DNA from: Amoebidium appalachense
Lineage: Eukaryota; Protista; Ichthyosporea
Assembly: GCA_963693365.1 (NCBI GenBank)
Contig: CAVNZM010000005.1
Coordinates: 6,885,888-6,949,887 of the forward strand
DNA length: 64,000 bases
Reading direction: 5' to 3'
The notes under the pieces are model-generated. The model did not search any database. It was not told the origin of the DNA and saw only the letters and a program-made list of their open reading frames with translations. This document shows, piece by piece, positions 1 to 18,424 of the stretch. Each line of letters begins with the position of its first letter. The stretch's first letter is position 1. Position numbers and translations under genes: made by a program.

Positions 1-658
1 GTGTGTGTCTGTGTGTGTTTTGGGGGGGAGAGGGGGGGGGGGGGGGGGGGGGGGATGGATACACTCGACATTACTAAGAGGTTGAACGGAGGGAAGGAAA
101 AGAGAGCTAGGGATGGGGGGGGAGGGGGGGGGGGGGTTAGAGAGGGGGAGGGGGGCGGGGGAGGGGTTGATGATTTTAACACTGATATATTCTGTGAATC
201 GTAGAGAGGCAACGAATGGGCACCGGAACATGAGGAGCAGGAGAGAGGGTGGAAGGGGGGGGTGGGGGAGTTGGGGAGGAGACGAGGGTGGGAGGGAGGG
301 GATGGGGGGTGGTGGGGAGGGGGGAGAGGGAGGGTTGGAAGATTTTGAGTGTTAACTATATACTAAGTGAGAAGATTGGCTTTAGTCACAAGTGTTCTCC
401 TTGTTTTTCCCTTACACTCCTTTCCTCCGCTATTTTCTCCCCCTCCCTTCCCTACTCCAAAACCGCAAACAAACATATTTTCGCAGTCCTAACACCATTC
501 TTCGGTCCTTTCCCCCGCTTTCCCACCACAATTGACACACTTGCAAAAAATATATAAATATTGAAAGTTCGAGCAAATATGCCACTGTCTTGCTGTTGCC
601 CATGGTAGCTCACCGAGCATGTGTGTACTCATGAATCAGCTTTGTGTAATGTTTTTAC

Positions 659-1113
659 CTGTAGGCGCACAGCGCACCCTTCACATTCTTGCACTCCGCC
701 ACGCACGAGTTGAGCCTTGAGTTAGCGAGTTGAGGCACGGCGCCGAACCCTGTCCCAGACGTTGCCCATATCTGCTCCGGTGCAAAAGGGTTGCACTGTA
801 CAAGTGACACCGCAGACCCGTCCTCCACGCCCGCGCTCAAACAAAGGTAAGGGGAAGACCCTGTCACAACCAAACCAGTCGATGCAAGCTGCCAGAGCTG
901 AGTGAAAGGGGTTGCCATTTCGCAAGGGCTAAACCTCACCTCGGATGGGGTGGTGGTGGTGCTCATGCACGAGCCTGTGTAGGCGTTTGTGATGCGGAAC
1001 ATGTTTGGGTAGAGGGATACCACATTGTTGTTGTTGTTGTTGGTGTTCTGTGCTTGTGTGCGTGAAGAAAGAAGCGCGAGGCTTGCGCCTCCGAGGATGG
1101 CTCGGGGTTTCAT
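659..1113 (-). CDS. Secreted ricin B-type (beta-trefoil) lectin domain protein, exon 1; gene continues left of the window
   Basis: Signal-peptide-like N-terminus (MKPRAILGGASLALLSSRTQA), then Cys-containing repeats with QxW motifs (TQLWQL, CLSAG..VSLVQC..EQIWAT). Ends at donor AG|GTAAAA (659/658). Confidence 0.7.
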
Positions 1114-1469
1114 GGTTATGTGTGTTTGCGTGTGCTAGAGCACGGTAAGGTTTGATGGGTGTGGTTTTGCTTTGCTGTGTGTGCCTGCTTTTTAGTGTTT
1201 GGGCCTGAAACTGTGCTAGCTTGTTTGTGTGCTCGTTGGTATGACTATCTCGACGACTCAATGAGAGGCCTTTAGTAAACAACGTTCTCTAAAAGGACAG
1301 CGCCATGTAGCCTATCCTTAGAGAAGCAGGTGTGTCTGCTGGAATGAAGCGTGTGCCAAGTAAAATGCATACGTGTGGACTTGACTCCACGGACAAAGTG
1401 AACTGGAATAGAGGCATGCGCACAGTGTAAGCCTGCCAAAGGACTGAGTGCGTAAACAAACAGAAACGT

Positions 1470-1570
1470 GCTGATTGGTCAAATGTGGGAGGCATAAGCC
1501 TTATGTGATTGGTCAAATGTGCTTGATTGTGCTTTCATTGGCTCACTAAATATCTGTTAAATGATTGGTG
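1470..1570 (-). promoter_or_regulatory. CCAAT-box (NF-Y-like) cluster upstream of the lectin gene
   Basis: Four ATTGG motifs on + (ctgattggtc, gtgattggtc, cattggctc, atgattggtg) about 360-460 bp upstream of the ATG at 1113. Confidence 0.45.
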
Positions 1571-2702
1571 AATTATAACCAATTGCTGCGGGCAAAGAGT
1601 CACCCTAAACTCGAATGCATCGTCACGCACACGTGTCGGACCTGTCGGTGAACATGCACGGGTGGCCATGCTAATACCATCTTCAAAGTGTCACAAGTGT
1701 GCCGAATAAGGAATAATTCAGATTAAGTATTGTTTTTCCTGTTTTCGTTTATATAGTTTTGTTTTCATTTTATTTTACAATGATCATTACATCACAATAC
1801 ATTGAGGAGCTTCCCTTTTGCTGGAATTTGACTAGGGAGACCGTCAAACCCTATCAACTGTTGACTTGGCCAGTACCTATACTAGTGGGCGCCAAAGTGG
1901 GTACCTGTACCTACCACTGCAATACTGATGGATGAACATGAACGAATTTTCTGGATGAAACAATCACGGAAAAACATTAAACTATAATAATTGAGACCGT
2001 TTAGGCACTCATGAAAATAACAAATACTTGCCACGTTGATTTACAAAGAGTGTGTTGCATGCACAATGCTGCAGTCTGCTGGACATGCAACTCAAAGATT
2101 TCAAACCCCGATAGCTCAACTCATGGCAGCTGTGAAAGCCCGCCACCCTATTCTATGTGCTTTTTGGCTTTCACAAGCCTTTCAGCCTCCATGCATGTGT
2201 GCCCGAGGCACGGGATTCGACACCACACAGACGTTGCCTGACCGGAATCGACGGATGAACATGCACGTTTCGTGAACTAGCGGATATCCGTGCGCACTAC
2301 GTAGTGGTTCCCTTTCCCTAGCGTTTTTCAAAGTCTGGTTGCTCTGAGCAGGGTCACTTCAACGGAAGTCAAAGGGTAACATTGAAAATAAACACCACAC
2401 ACATATCCACGACTCACGACCCTCAAAAGCCGAATCTGCATTCGCCGATGAGGGTCTTTCTCGTTCACAAGTCCGGATCCTCGAAGTAAGATTGCACACT
2501 TGTTCCTGTACATGTGTGGCGACTAGAAGCTCGAGCAGTGTCCCTTGGATTCCTTTTGCTCCTCAGATATCGAAGCAGCCAAGCGGATGCCACGGATACT
2601 TTGAAATTCTTGGATGTGGGCCTACGTACCCACTTGCTTTGGCCAGAGACACCAACATTGAGGCAAACAATGGAGAACGTGTTTGCTTCGGTATCTCCAA
2701 TT

Positions 2703-6992
<4,290 letters not shown>

Positions 6993-7340
6993 AAACAGCA
7001 GCAGGAAAGGAAAAATTTCGGAAGCCGTTAGTCCGTGCTGACTTTAGTAATTTGGTGATTTAATGTGAGACTTTAAGGTCAGCTCAGGGGTTGTACCCTT
7101 GCCTCAATTTACAAAGCAATCATCAGCCAATGAATCAGTTGTTAACGTTCCGAACTTGTAATACTACTAGGCTGGCTTAGATGCCAAAATAGAGACTACA
7201 TAAATCTGCGTATATATGCATGAATGACCGTTAGGCTAGTTGAAGCCTGTAACAGTTGATTAACCAATATAGAGAGTGCAAACTGATGCTGCACTTATAA
7301 CCACACGAAGGGAAAATTGGAAGCCTGGAAGTAGCTACAC

Positions 7341-7377
<37 letters not shown>

Positions 7378-7451
7378 TTGTGTGTGTGCGCGTTGGTTTA
7401 GGGGCGGAAGGAGGGGGGGGGGGGGGGGGGGGGGGAGGTGTGCGTGTGTGT

Positions 7452-7482
<31 letters not shown>

Positions 7483-8482
7483 GGGGGGGTGATAGCTCTC
7501 TGGTGCCGATGTTGAGGCCACGTATGTAATGTAAAGGTGCAGTGATTTTGCAGGTCACAGAACCATTATAATGTTGCCGCCGTCATCAGCGCTAGCAAAT
7601 ACATACTTGGTCAATAAGGAGCACACTGTGATAACTTCCTTTTTTTGTGTTTCAAAATTGTGTTTGCGAAGTTTCTTAATGGTGGCCATGGCTGTCACGT
7701 GCTCGACTGAGCTTCCCAATTGAATGTTCTCCTCCCCTCCCTCCCCCCCTTCCCCCCCCCAGGTACACACACACATGCATACTTCCGTAACACACACCGG
7801 GATGACAGATTGCTTGTGCTTTCTTGGGAAGCTTATTTAATCTTTTTTCAATTCGAGTTGCCAAAGTATCTGTTTCCTATATTACTATAGGAACCACGAC
7901 CCCCCCTCCCCCCCCCCCCCTAACCCCCCCACCCCTCTTCTCCCCCTCATTGCCCCCCATTCCGTAACTATCCGCACCAGCCGTGCACCCCGATGATCCT
8001 GCCATACACATTCACGCCTGGGCTAAAACAACCCTTCGTTTCCCCCCTCGGGAGTTTTTCTATCTAAAGGTAGGCCTATTGTGGGTGATTGCGCAAACAT
8101 AGTGATTGCGCAAACGTAGTAGTATGATAGTTGGTAAGCCACCATGGTAGCAGCTAGCAACTGTACGATGGAGATATGGAATGAGGGGAAGAGGAACACA
8201 TAATTTTTTGAAAGGAAATAAAGGGGGGATACCCCAGGAGCACCAAGGGACACACTGCATATAGATAGCATTTAAAGGGATAGCGCTCGTTCATGTGCCT
8301 GCGCCAGCACGCTGCCAGGCTGCCACACATGGCCTGGGCTGCTCCTACACTGCACAACTACCAGTGGCTACCAGAAGACGGTGTTTGCAAATGGGAAAAA
8401 ACAAAAAGGATAGGGGAGGTCGGTGATCGAACCTTTTTTGATTCAAATTCTGGTTTTTTGTTTGTAGGGGAGGGAGGACCGG

Positions 8483-8524
<42 letters not shown>

Positions 8525-8784
8525 GGGTTGTTCTATATCAGGGTAGTTTGGGTAGCTTCAACATAGGGTTGTTCTATCCCAGGCGGTACTGTACATGCTC
8601 GATTGGACCGGGAAGTGGTCACCTGCAATGGTCACCCACCAACCCTGGTCACAGCTGACAGAACCTAAGGCCTTGTTACAGTACTCTGCCCTTTACTTCC
8701 CCTGTAGCCAGCTCCCCGGGCCACGTGCACTAATATAGGTGCTGTCAAACCCACTTATTGCGTATAATGCTGTATGCTGGTAAA

Positions 8785-8868
<84 letters not shown>

Positions 8869-9171
8869 ACATTGTGCGTGTGCGTGTGCGCGCGTGTGTG
8901 TGTGTGTGCGCGCGCGTGTATGGTGCTCGCGAGATCTCAAACTTAATTTGATGCTGCTTCCATACATACGGGCACATATAAATGCCCATGCACACACATT
9001 TCCGAAAGTTTTTAACCTACGGATTCTTATTTCACAGCTCCTCTTATCGAAATTTAATTTTCCTCCCAATCTCGGCGATAATTTGCTTTTGTCTGTTTTC
9101 TGGTATGTGTGTTCATGTTGCCATTTCAGATCTCGATCTTGAATGCTAGTACTAATTGCTAGCTTTTACCA

Positions 9172-9665
<494 letters not shown>

Positions 9666-10363
9666 ACTAGTGGACCAGAACCTCACACGACACAGTAGCT
9701 GCACGTATACATGTGCGAATTCGAGCGCATTTCAAAAGTGCTAGCTGGCCGACTCTGGCCGAGTCCATGTGCATCCAGGTTCGGCTAAATCTATAAGTGG
9801 TGGTGCAACATGACCCAATCAAACGCTACCCTACCATGACTTGAGCAGCAGAATCTTAGCGCCACACTCAACTAATGTATATACACGTTATCCACATATT
9901 GAAAGAAAATTATAGTCGTATACGGCTTTTTATCATATGCATGTGTTCTTATATGCTTTTATCTATTTGTACCATATACTATTACAAAACTACCTCGAAC
10001 AATGATTTAATGAATGTTATCGATTGGTAAAATATCACGAGCGTTTTCCACCGGTACGCAGCGTTGTTTCTGAAAAGCTGTCCGCAACTTTTATCTGTTG
10101 TAAACAGACTGTTTAGACACGTTGGTCATGTTGTTTGATGTTGGTACGTGTGCGTGAAAATAGAGGTTGTAGCTCCTATAAGAGAGTAAAGAAGGCATAT
10201 CCGCGGGTGCATTTCACGCTCTCTAAGACGACACACCATCATCGCACGCAGGAGATCGGAGACTGTTCAGAACTCGACAACCATCCTCTAATTGAAAGTA
10301 ACGACAACATAAAAGAGTGGGGATACACGCAGATACACGCACGGTAACTTTAAAATAGTAGAA

Positions 10364-11904
10364 ATGGACGACACAGGAGCAACGTGTATAGATGCTGCCA
10401 CACATATAGTCTCAACCACGCATGCACTTGAGAACATACGCATGGTGTCCCACGCAGACATAGCTGTTAGCAGGCGTTTCAGTGTGCAGCCAGCCACAAC
10501 CAAAACACTAGTTTTCGTTTGTGCAGCAAAGGAGGAAGCAAGAGACCTCTCTGTTTCTACGCACGCACACGAAAGTATACCTATTACCGATGTGTCTTTA
10601 CAAACGACCACTGATAATATAGATGTTTCTGCATTACTGGATTCCGCACGTCATCCCTCAAGCCCAGAACAGGACATCACAAAAGAGGTAATAGTTCCAG
10701 AGCCGTCACTTGAGAACCGTCACACACGTGATGAATCTCTTTCAAAGATTCAACGCACCCATTTCCTCCCCTCAATATATGAGACAAAACACGCCAAATA
10801 CGATGATGCCTCCTTTGAGCGCCTTCTCGGGTTGTGTAGACGAGGACAAGCTATGGTTGCCAGTTTGCTGCAAAGCCGCCAGGAACTAACGGAGGAATAT
10901 GACACAGCAGTGAGCACTTACCAACGGGAAATAGTTGCGTTAAAAGAGGAAAACGAAATCCTGAAGGCACACCAGAGAGAAAAGGATTCAGCAATGGCGA
11001 CGATGGCCAAGGAACTGGAACGGGTAAAGAGGCAGGTGGAAGAGATCAAGACGGAGTCGGAGGCACGTAGGCAGGCGCTCATAAAGATGCAACAGCCCCC
11101 ACCACAACAACCCAGCCCCACCCCTCAGGCACACATCCCATCTCCACCAGCGCACGCGGGCGACGTTGAAAGCGCATCACCGGGCAGTGGTGGTTTTACG
11201 CCTCCCGGCTCGCCGCTTACATTGAAGAAACGGCCACGGAGCACGTCGGTCGTAGGAACGGCGCTAAAACTCGTTCGTCCAACCACAACCACCTCCCCCA
11301 GCGATCCCAACCCGGCACAATCATCTGTCCAGCAACCAAGTGTGTCTATACAGGCAGCTACACCAGCCACCACCTCCACACCGCTTGTGGCAACACCTGC
11401 CATGAATGTAACCAATTCTGTAAATGGTCCTGGTTCGGGGGGCACTTTGTCTTGTGTGCGCCGTTTGTCGCATGCATCTGTCCAGTTTTTCTTCACCGGA
11501 TCAGAAACATTGCAGCAGGAGCAAGGTGTTGCCAATGCGAATGCGCAAGACATGGCTGACAAAAGATTACGCAGATCGGTGAGTTTGGCGAGTGGAGACA
11601 CGGCAGGGGAAGGGGAGGGGGCAAAAGGGGAAAAGAGCCCAAGGTTGGTTGGGGAGGGTGGAGAGAAATCTCCAAGGGAGAAGAGAGCAGATTCATTGAA
11701 GGCGCAAGGGGACCAAAAAGCGGTAAAAGTTTCGTTTGGGGGGAGGGGGAGAAGGAGAAAGAGACAATGTCGGCACCACAATCACCATCTGGGGGTGGTG
11801 GGGGTGAGGGAAGGTCGCAGGCTGACAAAGCAAAAGCAAGGAAAAGAGGAGCTTCTTTGAGTATGTTTTCGCTTAAGGGTGCAAAGGGGTCAAGCGATAG
11901 CTAG
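10364..11904 (+). CDS. Uncharacterised coiled-coil protein with a low-complexity S/P/T-rich C-terminal half; probable 1-nt frameshift in the G-run at 11738-11743
   Basis: A 498-codon ORF free of microsatellites, with a heptad-like segment (QELTEEYD...LKEENEILKAHQREKDSAMATMAKELERVKRQVEEIK). The alternative frame after the G-run continues in the same composition to TAG at 11902-11904. Confidence 0.7.
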
Positions 11905-12087
11905 CAAGCTCGGAATGTTCTGTATGTAGAGTTGTGGGGGTTCAAGTAAGGGCGGTTGGGCTGGGGAGGGGGGGGGAGGAGGGGGGGGGGAGGGGGTGCA
12001 CAAGGGGGGGGGGAAAGGGGGGGGGGGGGGGGAGGGAGGAGGGGGGTTCGAGGCTGGATATAGAGACCCGGGAGGGAGGGTGTGTGT

Positions 12088-12171
<84 letters not shown>

Positions 12172-12660
12172 AGAGAGAGAGGGGGGGGGGAGGGGGGGGA
12201 TTAATGCACATGATCATATCTGGTAACTCGAATTAATGGTTATGACCGGTAATGAATAAACTCGTGTATATCTTGTTTGCTTTGCAGAACAGTATTGTAG
12301 TTCAACCATAGGCATGGTTGAAGCAAAGGACAAGTCAGTTATGGAAGCCACACTGAGCGAAGTATAGCTTTTAGTATGGCTTGAGCAGGCCTATGTATTT
12401 CCATTTGCCGGGGCACCGTCGTATTAAAGGCTTGGGGGTGGGTATGATGTATTTGACTCAACGAAGTACGCATTCATGGCAGACAAAACTAGGATTAGGC
12501 AGATCGTCCACACAAGAGTAAATCGGTGACAGAGAGTGTGCGTCATTATCACCAATGGTTATAGTGTGTTCCACATCCTCCAAGTAATCCATATGCACAG
12601 CTGCAGCTGCTGTACGTGTGCGCATCCCAAGGGGGCCCGGGGGAGGGAGGGAGGTAAGTG

Positions 12661-12701
<41 letters not shown>

Positions 12702-13041
12702 GAGGGGGGGTGGCTGGCTGCCGGATTAGAGTTTGACCGGATATATACATCATAGTATGATTAGGCTCCGAATTGCCAGAGCGCTACCCCCCAAAAATCT
12801 TGGCACACCCCACTCCATATTTCAAGGGCAAGAAAGTCAAGTGATTAGTCACCTCCGCAACACCACTTTCAACATTAATTAGAGTGTGCTACTAGCCTCG
12901 ATTGGAACTCTGCTATTTTGTAATCGGTAACCCTCGTTTTCAAGGGTCCAGATGTACACAGAGTCGGAGTTCCAATCGAGGCTGCTCAACTTGAATACTC
13001 GGCAGGGGCAGAAGGCAGCCACGGATTGATGTACATCAGTG

Positions 13042-13085
<44 letters not shown>

Positions 13086-13093
13086 GTGTGCGC

Positions 13094-13150
<57 letters not shown>

Positions 13151-13237
13151 CGTGCGTGCGCACACGTGGGTGTGTGTGCGTGCATGTGTGAGGAAGGGAA
13201 GGGAGAGGGGAGGAAGGGCACCAGGAGGGGGGGGGGG

Positions 13238-13357
13238 TTTGAATGCGGAACACGGTACGAAGTACGCATACATGAAGGACACATGCAAAGGCAAACATTC
13301 AAGTATGCAACATCAGCCATGCGCATAGTATGCGTCATAAGCAGAGCCCATCCTCAG
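13238..13357 (-). repeat. Dispersed repeat family copy
   Basis: On +: poly-G, GAATGCGG..GTACGAAGTACGCAT...GTATGCGTCATAAGCAGAGCCCATCCTCAG. The terminal 16-mer is identical at 43215-43230 and 48710-48725. Confidence 0.7.
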
Positions 13358-14527
13358 GGAGGAAGCAAGTCATCAATTGCGTCTGAGTTTCCACCCCTTA
13401 GCCTGCGTATATACGACTCTCCAACTCAGACAGCAGCATCAACTGAACTTGGGAGGGTCAACCCGTCTTGATCAAAGACGAGCAGGGTTGCTTATGCAAG
13501 CAAGGTGAGCAAAACGGTGAATATGTGTGTGCAAACTAACGCAGTGCAGCGGAAAATGCGTATGTGCTTGTAGATGCACGACACAGAGCAACCATGCCCG
13601 GTTGCATGGAAGTAAAGCGGTCTCCACACAGTGGTCTGTCCTGAAAGGACACCTCTGTCAAGATGCACATCTGCATCTGCCTAAGGATACCATTCTGAGG
13701 TCCTAGGCCATATATAAATCGAATTTCTAGGCCTCGAGGGGGAAGTGGGGTGGCGTGTAGGCGAATATCAGCTTCGGAGCCCACAGGAAGGGGCAGGAGG
13801 GAGGGAGGTTTGTGTTTGTGTGGGGGAGGGGGGGAATGGGAAGGCAAGGCGGTAGGGTTGAGGGAGCCGGGGGAGGGGGGAGGGGGGGGGGGGGGGGGAA
13901 GGGGAGGGCTCTAAAGGAGAGTAAAGGAAATAGGGAAAGGACTTGAGTGGTGCGGGGTCCACCCGGCAAGCCAGGCCTCACGACATATTTAATACTACCT
14001 TATATATAGATTGCATTGGTTTATACGTTCAAGTCATGTATCATCCACAGTCACGTATTTTAAAACCATGACAGTAAATTTGCACATATTAAGGGTTCTA
14101 GATCTATTGCACGTTAAAGGTATGTTGTGGTTCATGCATGCCGAGCAAAAGAAAAAGAAAGACACACTAAAGCCTAACAACCCTATATCTAGTGAAATTA
14201 GACTGTACCTACAGATATGTGCACGCACATCATTTTGCTATTTTCCAAAAACCTACCGAGACAAGCGAGGTGCCCACCACATGTCGTCGACCACGCCCTA
14301 GAGCTTTACTTCCGTAATCCCCCCCCCCCCCCCCCCCCCCCCCACCCTCCTCTCCCCCCCCCTTCTCAGCCAGGTCGTCCCCCCCCCCCCCAAAACCCCC
14401 CCCATCCTTCCTCAAGCCCACCAACAAAACACATACAAACACACGCGTATAATTGTGTTCCTGCAGAGCACATATCTAAATCAGAAGCAAAACCCACCCT
14501 TTCCGAGTCGTTTCCGCCTCCTTCTAC

Positions 14528-15535
14528 CTATGCGCCCTGTGTACCGTCAAGCCTGTGTTGGTATTTTAGCAGCGTGGGGGCAGGGGGATCCGGCCTTCCA
14601 TAAAGGTACACAGCGGCAATGACGAGACTGGCGCCCATCACAAACATGGATTGAATCACAAAGCCAAGGAACATGGCCGAGAGGATGACGCTCAGCACAA
14701 TAGCAACACTCGTAGCGAATGCCTTGAGAATGTTGTCGGCGTACTTAACCACCACCGCCGTGACCAGACCACCAAGCGAACTGATGGCAATGACAGACCA
14801 CACGATGTTGTTGTATCCAACAAAGAATCCCTCTTCGACCACCCTCTCACCGTCGTTCCACCAAACCGCCATCAGACCGAGCGAACCCCCAAACAGCGCC
14901 AACTGCACGTTTCTTACCCAGACAGACGTCGGTGTTCCTTTAAGGATCTTCTCGAAGTATACACCCGCAAAACCAGAGGTCATGCACGCACAAATCACCG
15001 CCACCAATCCGACAAAAGCGTTTCCGGATTGCTTCGTTTCCGCAGCGCTAGAGGGCATCTGAACCAACGCAACACCCATCATGAGAACGAAAAGCGAAAA
15101 CCATTTGAGGTTGCTGAGCGATCTGTTAAGCATGAGCACACTGAACACCGCCGTGGTTAGAATTTTCAACTGGTATGTCACCTGGAAAGTTGCTGCATCC
15201 AGGTTGCTAATTGCCACAAATTGGAGGTTGTTTTGTACCATGTAAAGCCCGGCCGGAACTGCAAGTTTGAACGTTTCACCTGGTTTGCGTATAATCTCAT
15301 CTCGCAGCTGGCGTATAACGGCGGATACGGAGTGTGAGTTCTCGAAGAAGAGGAGCACAAAACATGCGAGCATTTTCAGCAACTCGCCCATGACCACCGC
15401 TGTGGATGATATGTACATTGGGCCATCTGTGGTGCGACTGTAGCGCATGACTAGTGCCTGGGCGGTGTTTTGGACCACCAATACAAGAAGGGAGACATAT
15501 TTAATGTCTAGCCCAAATATGCGTGCCGGGGCCAT
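14528..15535 (-). CDS. SLC35A-family nucleotide-sugar transporter (UDP-galactose/UDP-GlcNAc type), single coding exon
   Basis: Family motifs MRYSRT, YISSTAVVMGELLK, LAVPAGLYMVQNNLQF, LDAATFQVTYQLKILTTAVFSV, SGFAGVYFEKILKG, SVWVRNVQL and VKYADNILKAFATS. SLC35A2 versus A3 cannot be resolved by eye. Confidence 0.95.
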   Translation of the reverse strand: MAPARIFGLDIKYVSLLVLVVQNTAQALVMRYSRTTDGPMYISSTAVVMGELLKMLACFVLLFFENSHSVSAVIRQLRDEIIRKPGETFKLAVPAGLYMVQNNLQFVAISNLDAATFQVTYQLKILTTAVFSVLMLNRSLSNLKWFSLFVLMMGVALVQMPSSAAETKQSGNAFVGLVAVICACMTSGFAGVYFEKILKGTPTSVWVRNVQLALFGGSLGLMAVWWNDGERVVEEGFFVGYNNIVWSVIAISSLGGLVTAVVVKYADNILKAFATSVAIVLSVILSAMFLGFVIQSMFVMGASLVIAAVYLYGRPDPPAPTLLKYQHRLDGTQGA

Positions 15536-15854
15536 GTTGACGCGTGTGTCTGGGTGGATAGATGCAAACGGCTGGAATATAGGTTCGAAAGCCTAAAAAG
15601 GCAAAAAAAAAAACCCCTGATGTGGTGGTGGTTTTGCAATGTTTTAGCGAACTAAGATTTGCGTATCAGATTAGGTCGTGGTCACACTCTACACGTATTA
15701 GACACACCACATGGTGTGTTGTTTCCTTGGGTTATTTAGTGCATGTACACTGAAGGAAACTTTGACTAGTAAGAGGACGCGTGTATTAGTTGCAAACAAA
15801 GTGAGTCGACTGCGCGAGGCTGCGAAGCGTGGTGCACGGGCCACGGGAGAAACC

Positions 15855-16240
15855 AACATCCAATCAAGATTAATAGCCAATCAGCAACGATTTCATTGCC
15901 TCCGCTTTCGCCGCAAGATTTTATTACAGCCAATCAGATGGGTGCATCGGCCATACCTCCAGGGCTTGAAATGTATCGACTTTCTTTCTCTTCTAACGTA
16001 CTAATATTCAATCGTTGCATTGTCCTAGTATATACAAAGATATGATTTAAAATGTCTTTTCGCTCAGTAAAATTGTGTCATATCAATCAGGTAACTCTTT
16101 TATAATCTGCCGGTAACTTAGCGTTATGCAACCTAATCGTCATTCTGATCGTTGATATGGGTCTGGCATACGCACAGAAAGCCATAGCGTGACAATCAAG
16201 CAATCATTTGGGTAGCACTGATTTATGCTAGCCAATCAGG
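15855..16240. promoter_or_regulatory. CCAAT-box cluster upstream of the SLC35A gene
   Basis: AGCCAATCAG at about 15876, 15928 and 16230, plus ccaatc near 15860. Confidence 0.45.
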
Positions 16241-16948
16241 ACGGGTGTTGCATTTGTACCAAATGCATCATGTGTACACGTGGCAGGATAAACACGTGGC
16301 GGGGGTCAACGTCGGCTCCACTGTGCCTATCTATACGCATGCATATATATATGTGCGCACTGTGTGCGGATTTTGGTTATGAACAGGCCACAAAGTGTGA
16401 GGGGGATATAGCCGATAGAACTTTTTCCGTGATGTGCTGGCAACATGTGCCCCTCATCCATTGCCATTTGCAGCACCATGTCCATGCCCATGATCATGCA
16501 CTGGGTCCATCGAGCCCCGGGAACGCAGCACGTGCTAAGTCGACTATGTAGTACTGGCACACACCATCTGGTTCGCGCATACTGCTGCAGATGTGGATGC
16601 ACACCATCACACTTGGTTCACCATGCACATGTCGCAGCAGCAATTGCAACAACATTGAATGTTACGTACACAACTCCTACTGCGCAACCGCGTGCACAAG
16701 CATCAAACTCACATCGCTTCATCAACGGTTCTTGTATGTTTATTGACCCCCATGTGGCTGCCACGACAATACTGGCAACCATGCTTCATTCATAATTTTG
16801 CGAAATCTGTACAGCACGACAAGAGTTACTAGTCTCAGTGACACACAGTTTTAACACTGAAAACGATGTGCCGGTGCAGAAAGAGCGGCAAAAACAAGAA
16901 ATAAAAAATATTGCCATTTGGCCAGGTCACGGCCTGCCTTGTAATCAT

Positions 16949-16996
<48 letters not shown>

Positions 16997-17323
16997 AAAA
17001 AAAAAAAAAGAAAAGAAAAAGAAAAAAAAGAAAGAAAGAAAAAAATAAAAAGAAAGAAAGAAAGAGAAACAGGAAAAAGAAAACAGAACAGAAGGGAAAA
17101 CCCACACCAAACCCACTCTAGTAGCCACTGGCTATAGTACGTATGTCGATCTGCTACCCAGTATCTACCTGTCGAAATTTCAACGAGTCAGTGGGAAAAG
17201 CAAACAAAGTATATCTCCTCCGTCGAGATAACATTGGTTAAAAAGGGCTAGAAGATAAACACATACATCTACACCGAGATAGCGCCTTGCCAAAAATGGC
17301 TAGTAGACAGCCGCACATATCTC

Positions 17324-18004
17324 CTAGACCGAGATAGTCTTGAACACGTTGAACCCCGACCCAGCCGTGGTGATGAGCACCCCCGAGCACTGTCTGTGCC
17401 AGTGGTGTTCCTTGACGTCCTTCTGCCCCTGCGTGTGGCAAAAAAAAGAAAGAAATGAATGTCAGCACACAGCCCCATCGCACGACATCTTGCTCACGTG
17501 CTGCACCCTCCTCTTAGCAAACCGACAACCATTGCATCCTTCACAATCAACAGACATTTTGACGTGCACGCACGCACGCACATATACACACAGGTACGCA
17601 AGCAAGCAAACATCGTGCCCCCCCTCCCCCCCCCCCCCCCCCCCCCACACACCCACCCCCTAACCATTGGGTGGGTAAGTGGGTTGGAGTGTGTGTGTGT
17701 GTGTGGGGGGGGGGGGAGGATTGGTTTATCCTTCCCTTTTAGTCCCACAACCCGACTGAGAGCCTGAAGAACTAGAGATTGCACTCAACTTGAAGCCCGG
17801 TGTCAAACACATATTGGATGGTTGAGCGAAGTGGGGTGTTCTTTGGAGAGAGAATAGGGGAAACCAACAACTCACTATCGGTGTCGATGAGAACACAATG
17901 ACCATAACAATACCGTGTGTGAGGAGACTGCGGAGATGAGGTGAAGTGTCTAATGGCACACACGCACACACACACACACGTGGAAAAACAAACGGGCACC
18001 CCCC

Positions 18005-18057
<53 letters not shown>

Positions 18058-18367
18058 AGTCCATCAAAACTATCCGGTAGGAGGGACGGCGGGTTAGGGA
18101 GAGTCAGGACAAATCGAGGACGATCCCCCCCCCCATCTCGGGATTGGGGGTGGGGAAAGGGGGGATGGGTGGATGGGTTTGGGAGGAGGGGTCGGGTGGG
18201 GTGGGTGGGTGGGTGGGGGGGGGGGGGGGGGGGGGGGGGGGGGTATCTAACAGCACCAAGATGCATTCATTACCTGATGGATGAACAGAAGTTGTGGGGG
18301 CACATTTGCCAGCGTTGCATCCTCCCCACCCTCCGGGTCGGGTTCCACGGACAGATCCCACAGGGTG

Positions 18368-18424
<57 letters not shown>

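Noticed and set aside
13342-13357. CTGAGGA at the start of the intronic repeat resembles the hammerhead ribozyme core CUGANGA seen in Penelope elements and retrozymes
   Set aside because: No GAAA after a stem II in any copy examined, so it is not supportable as an intact ribozyme.
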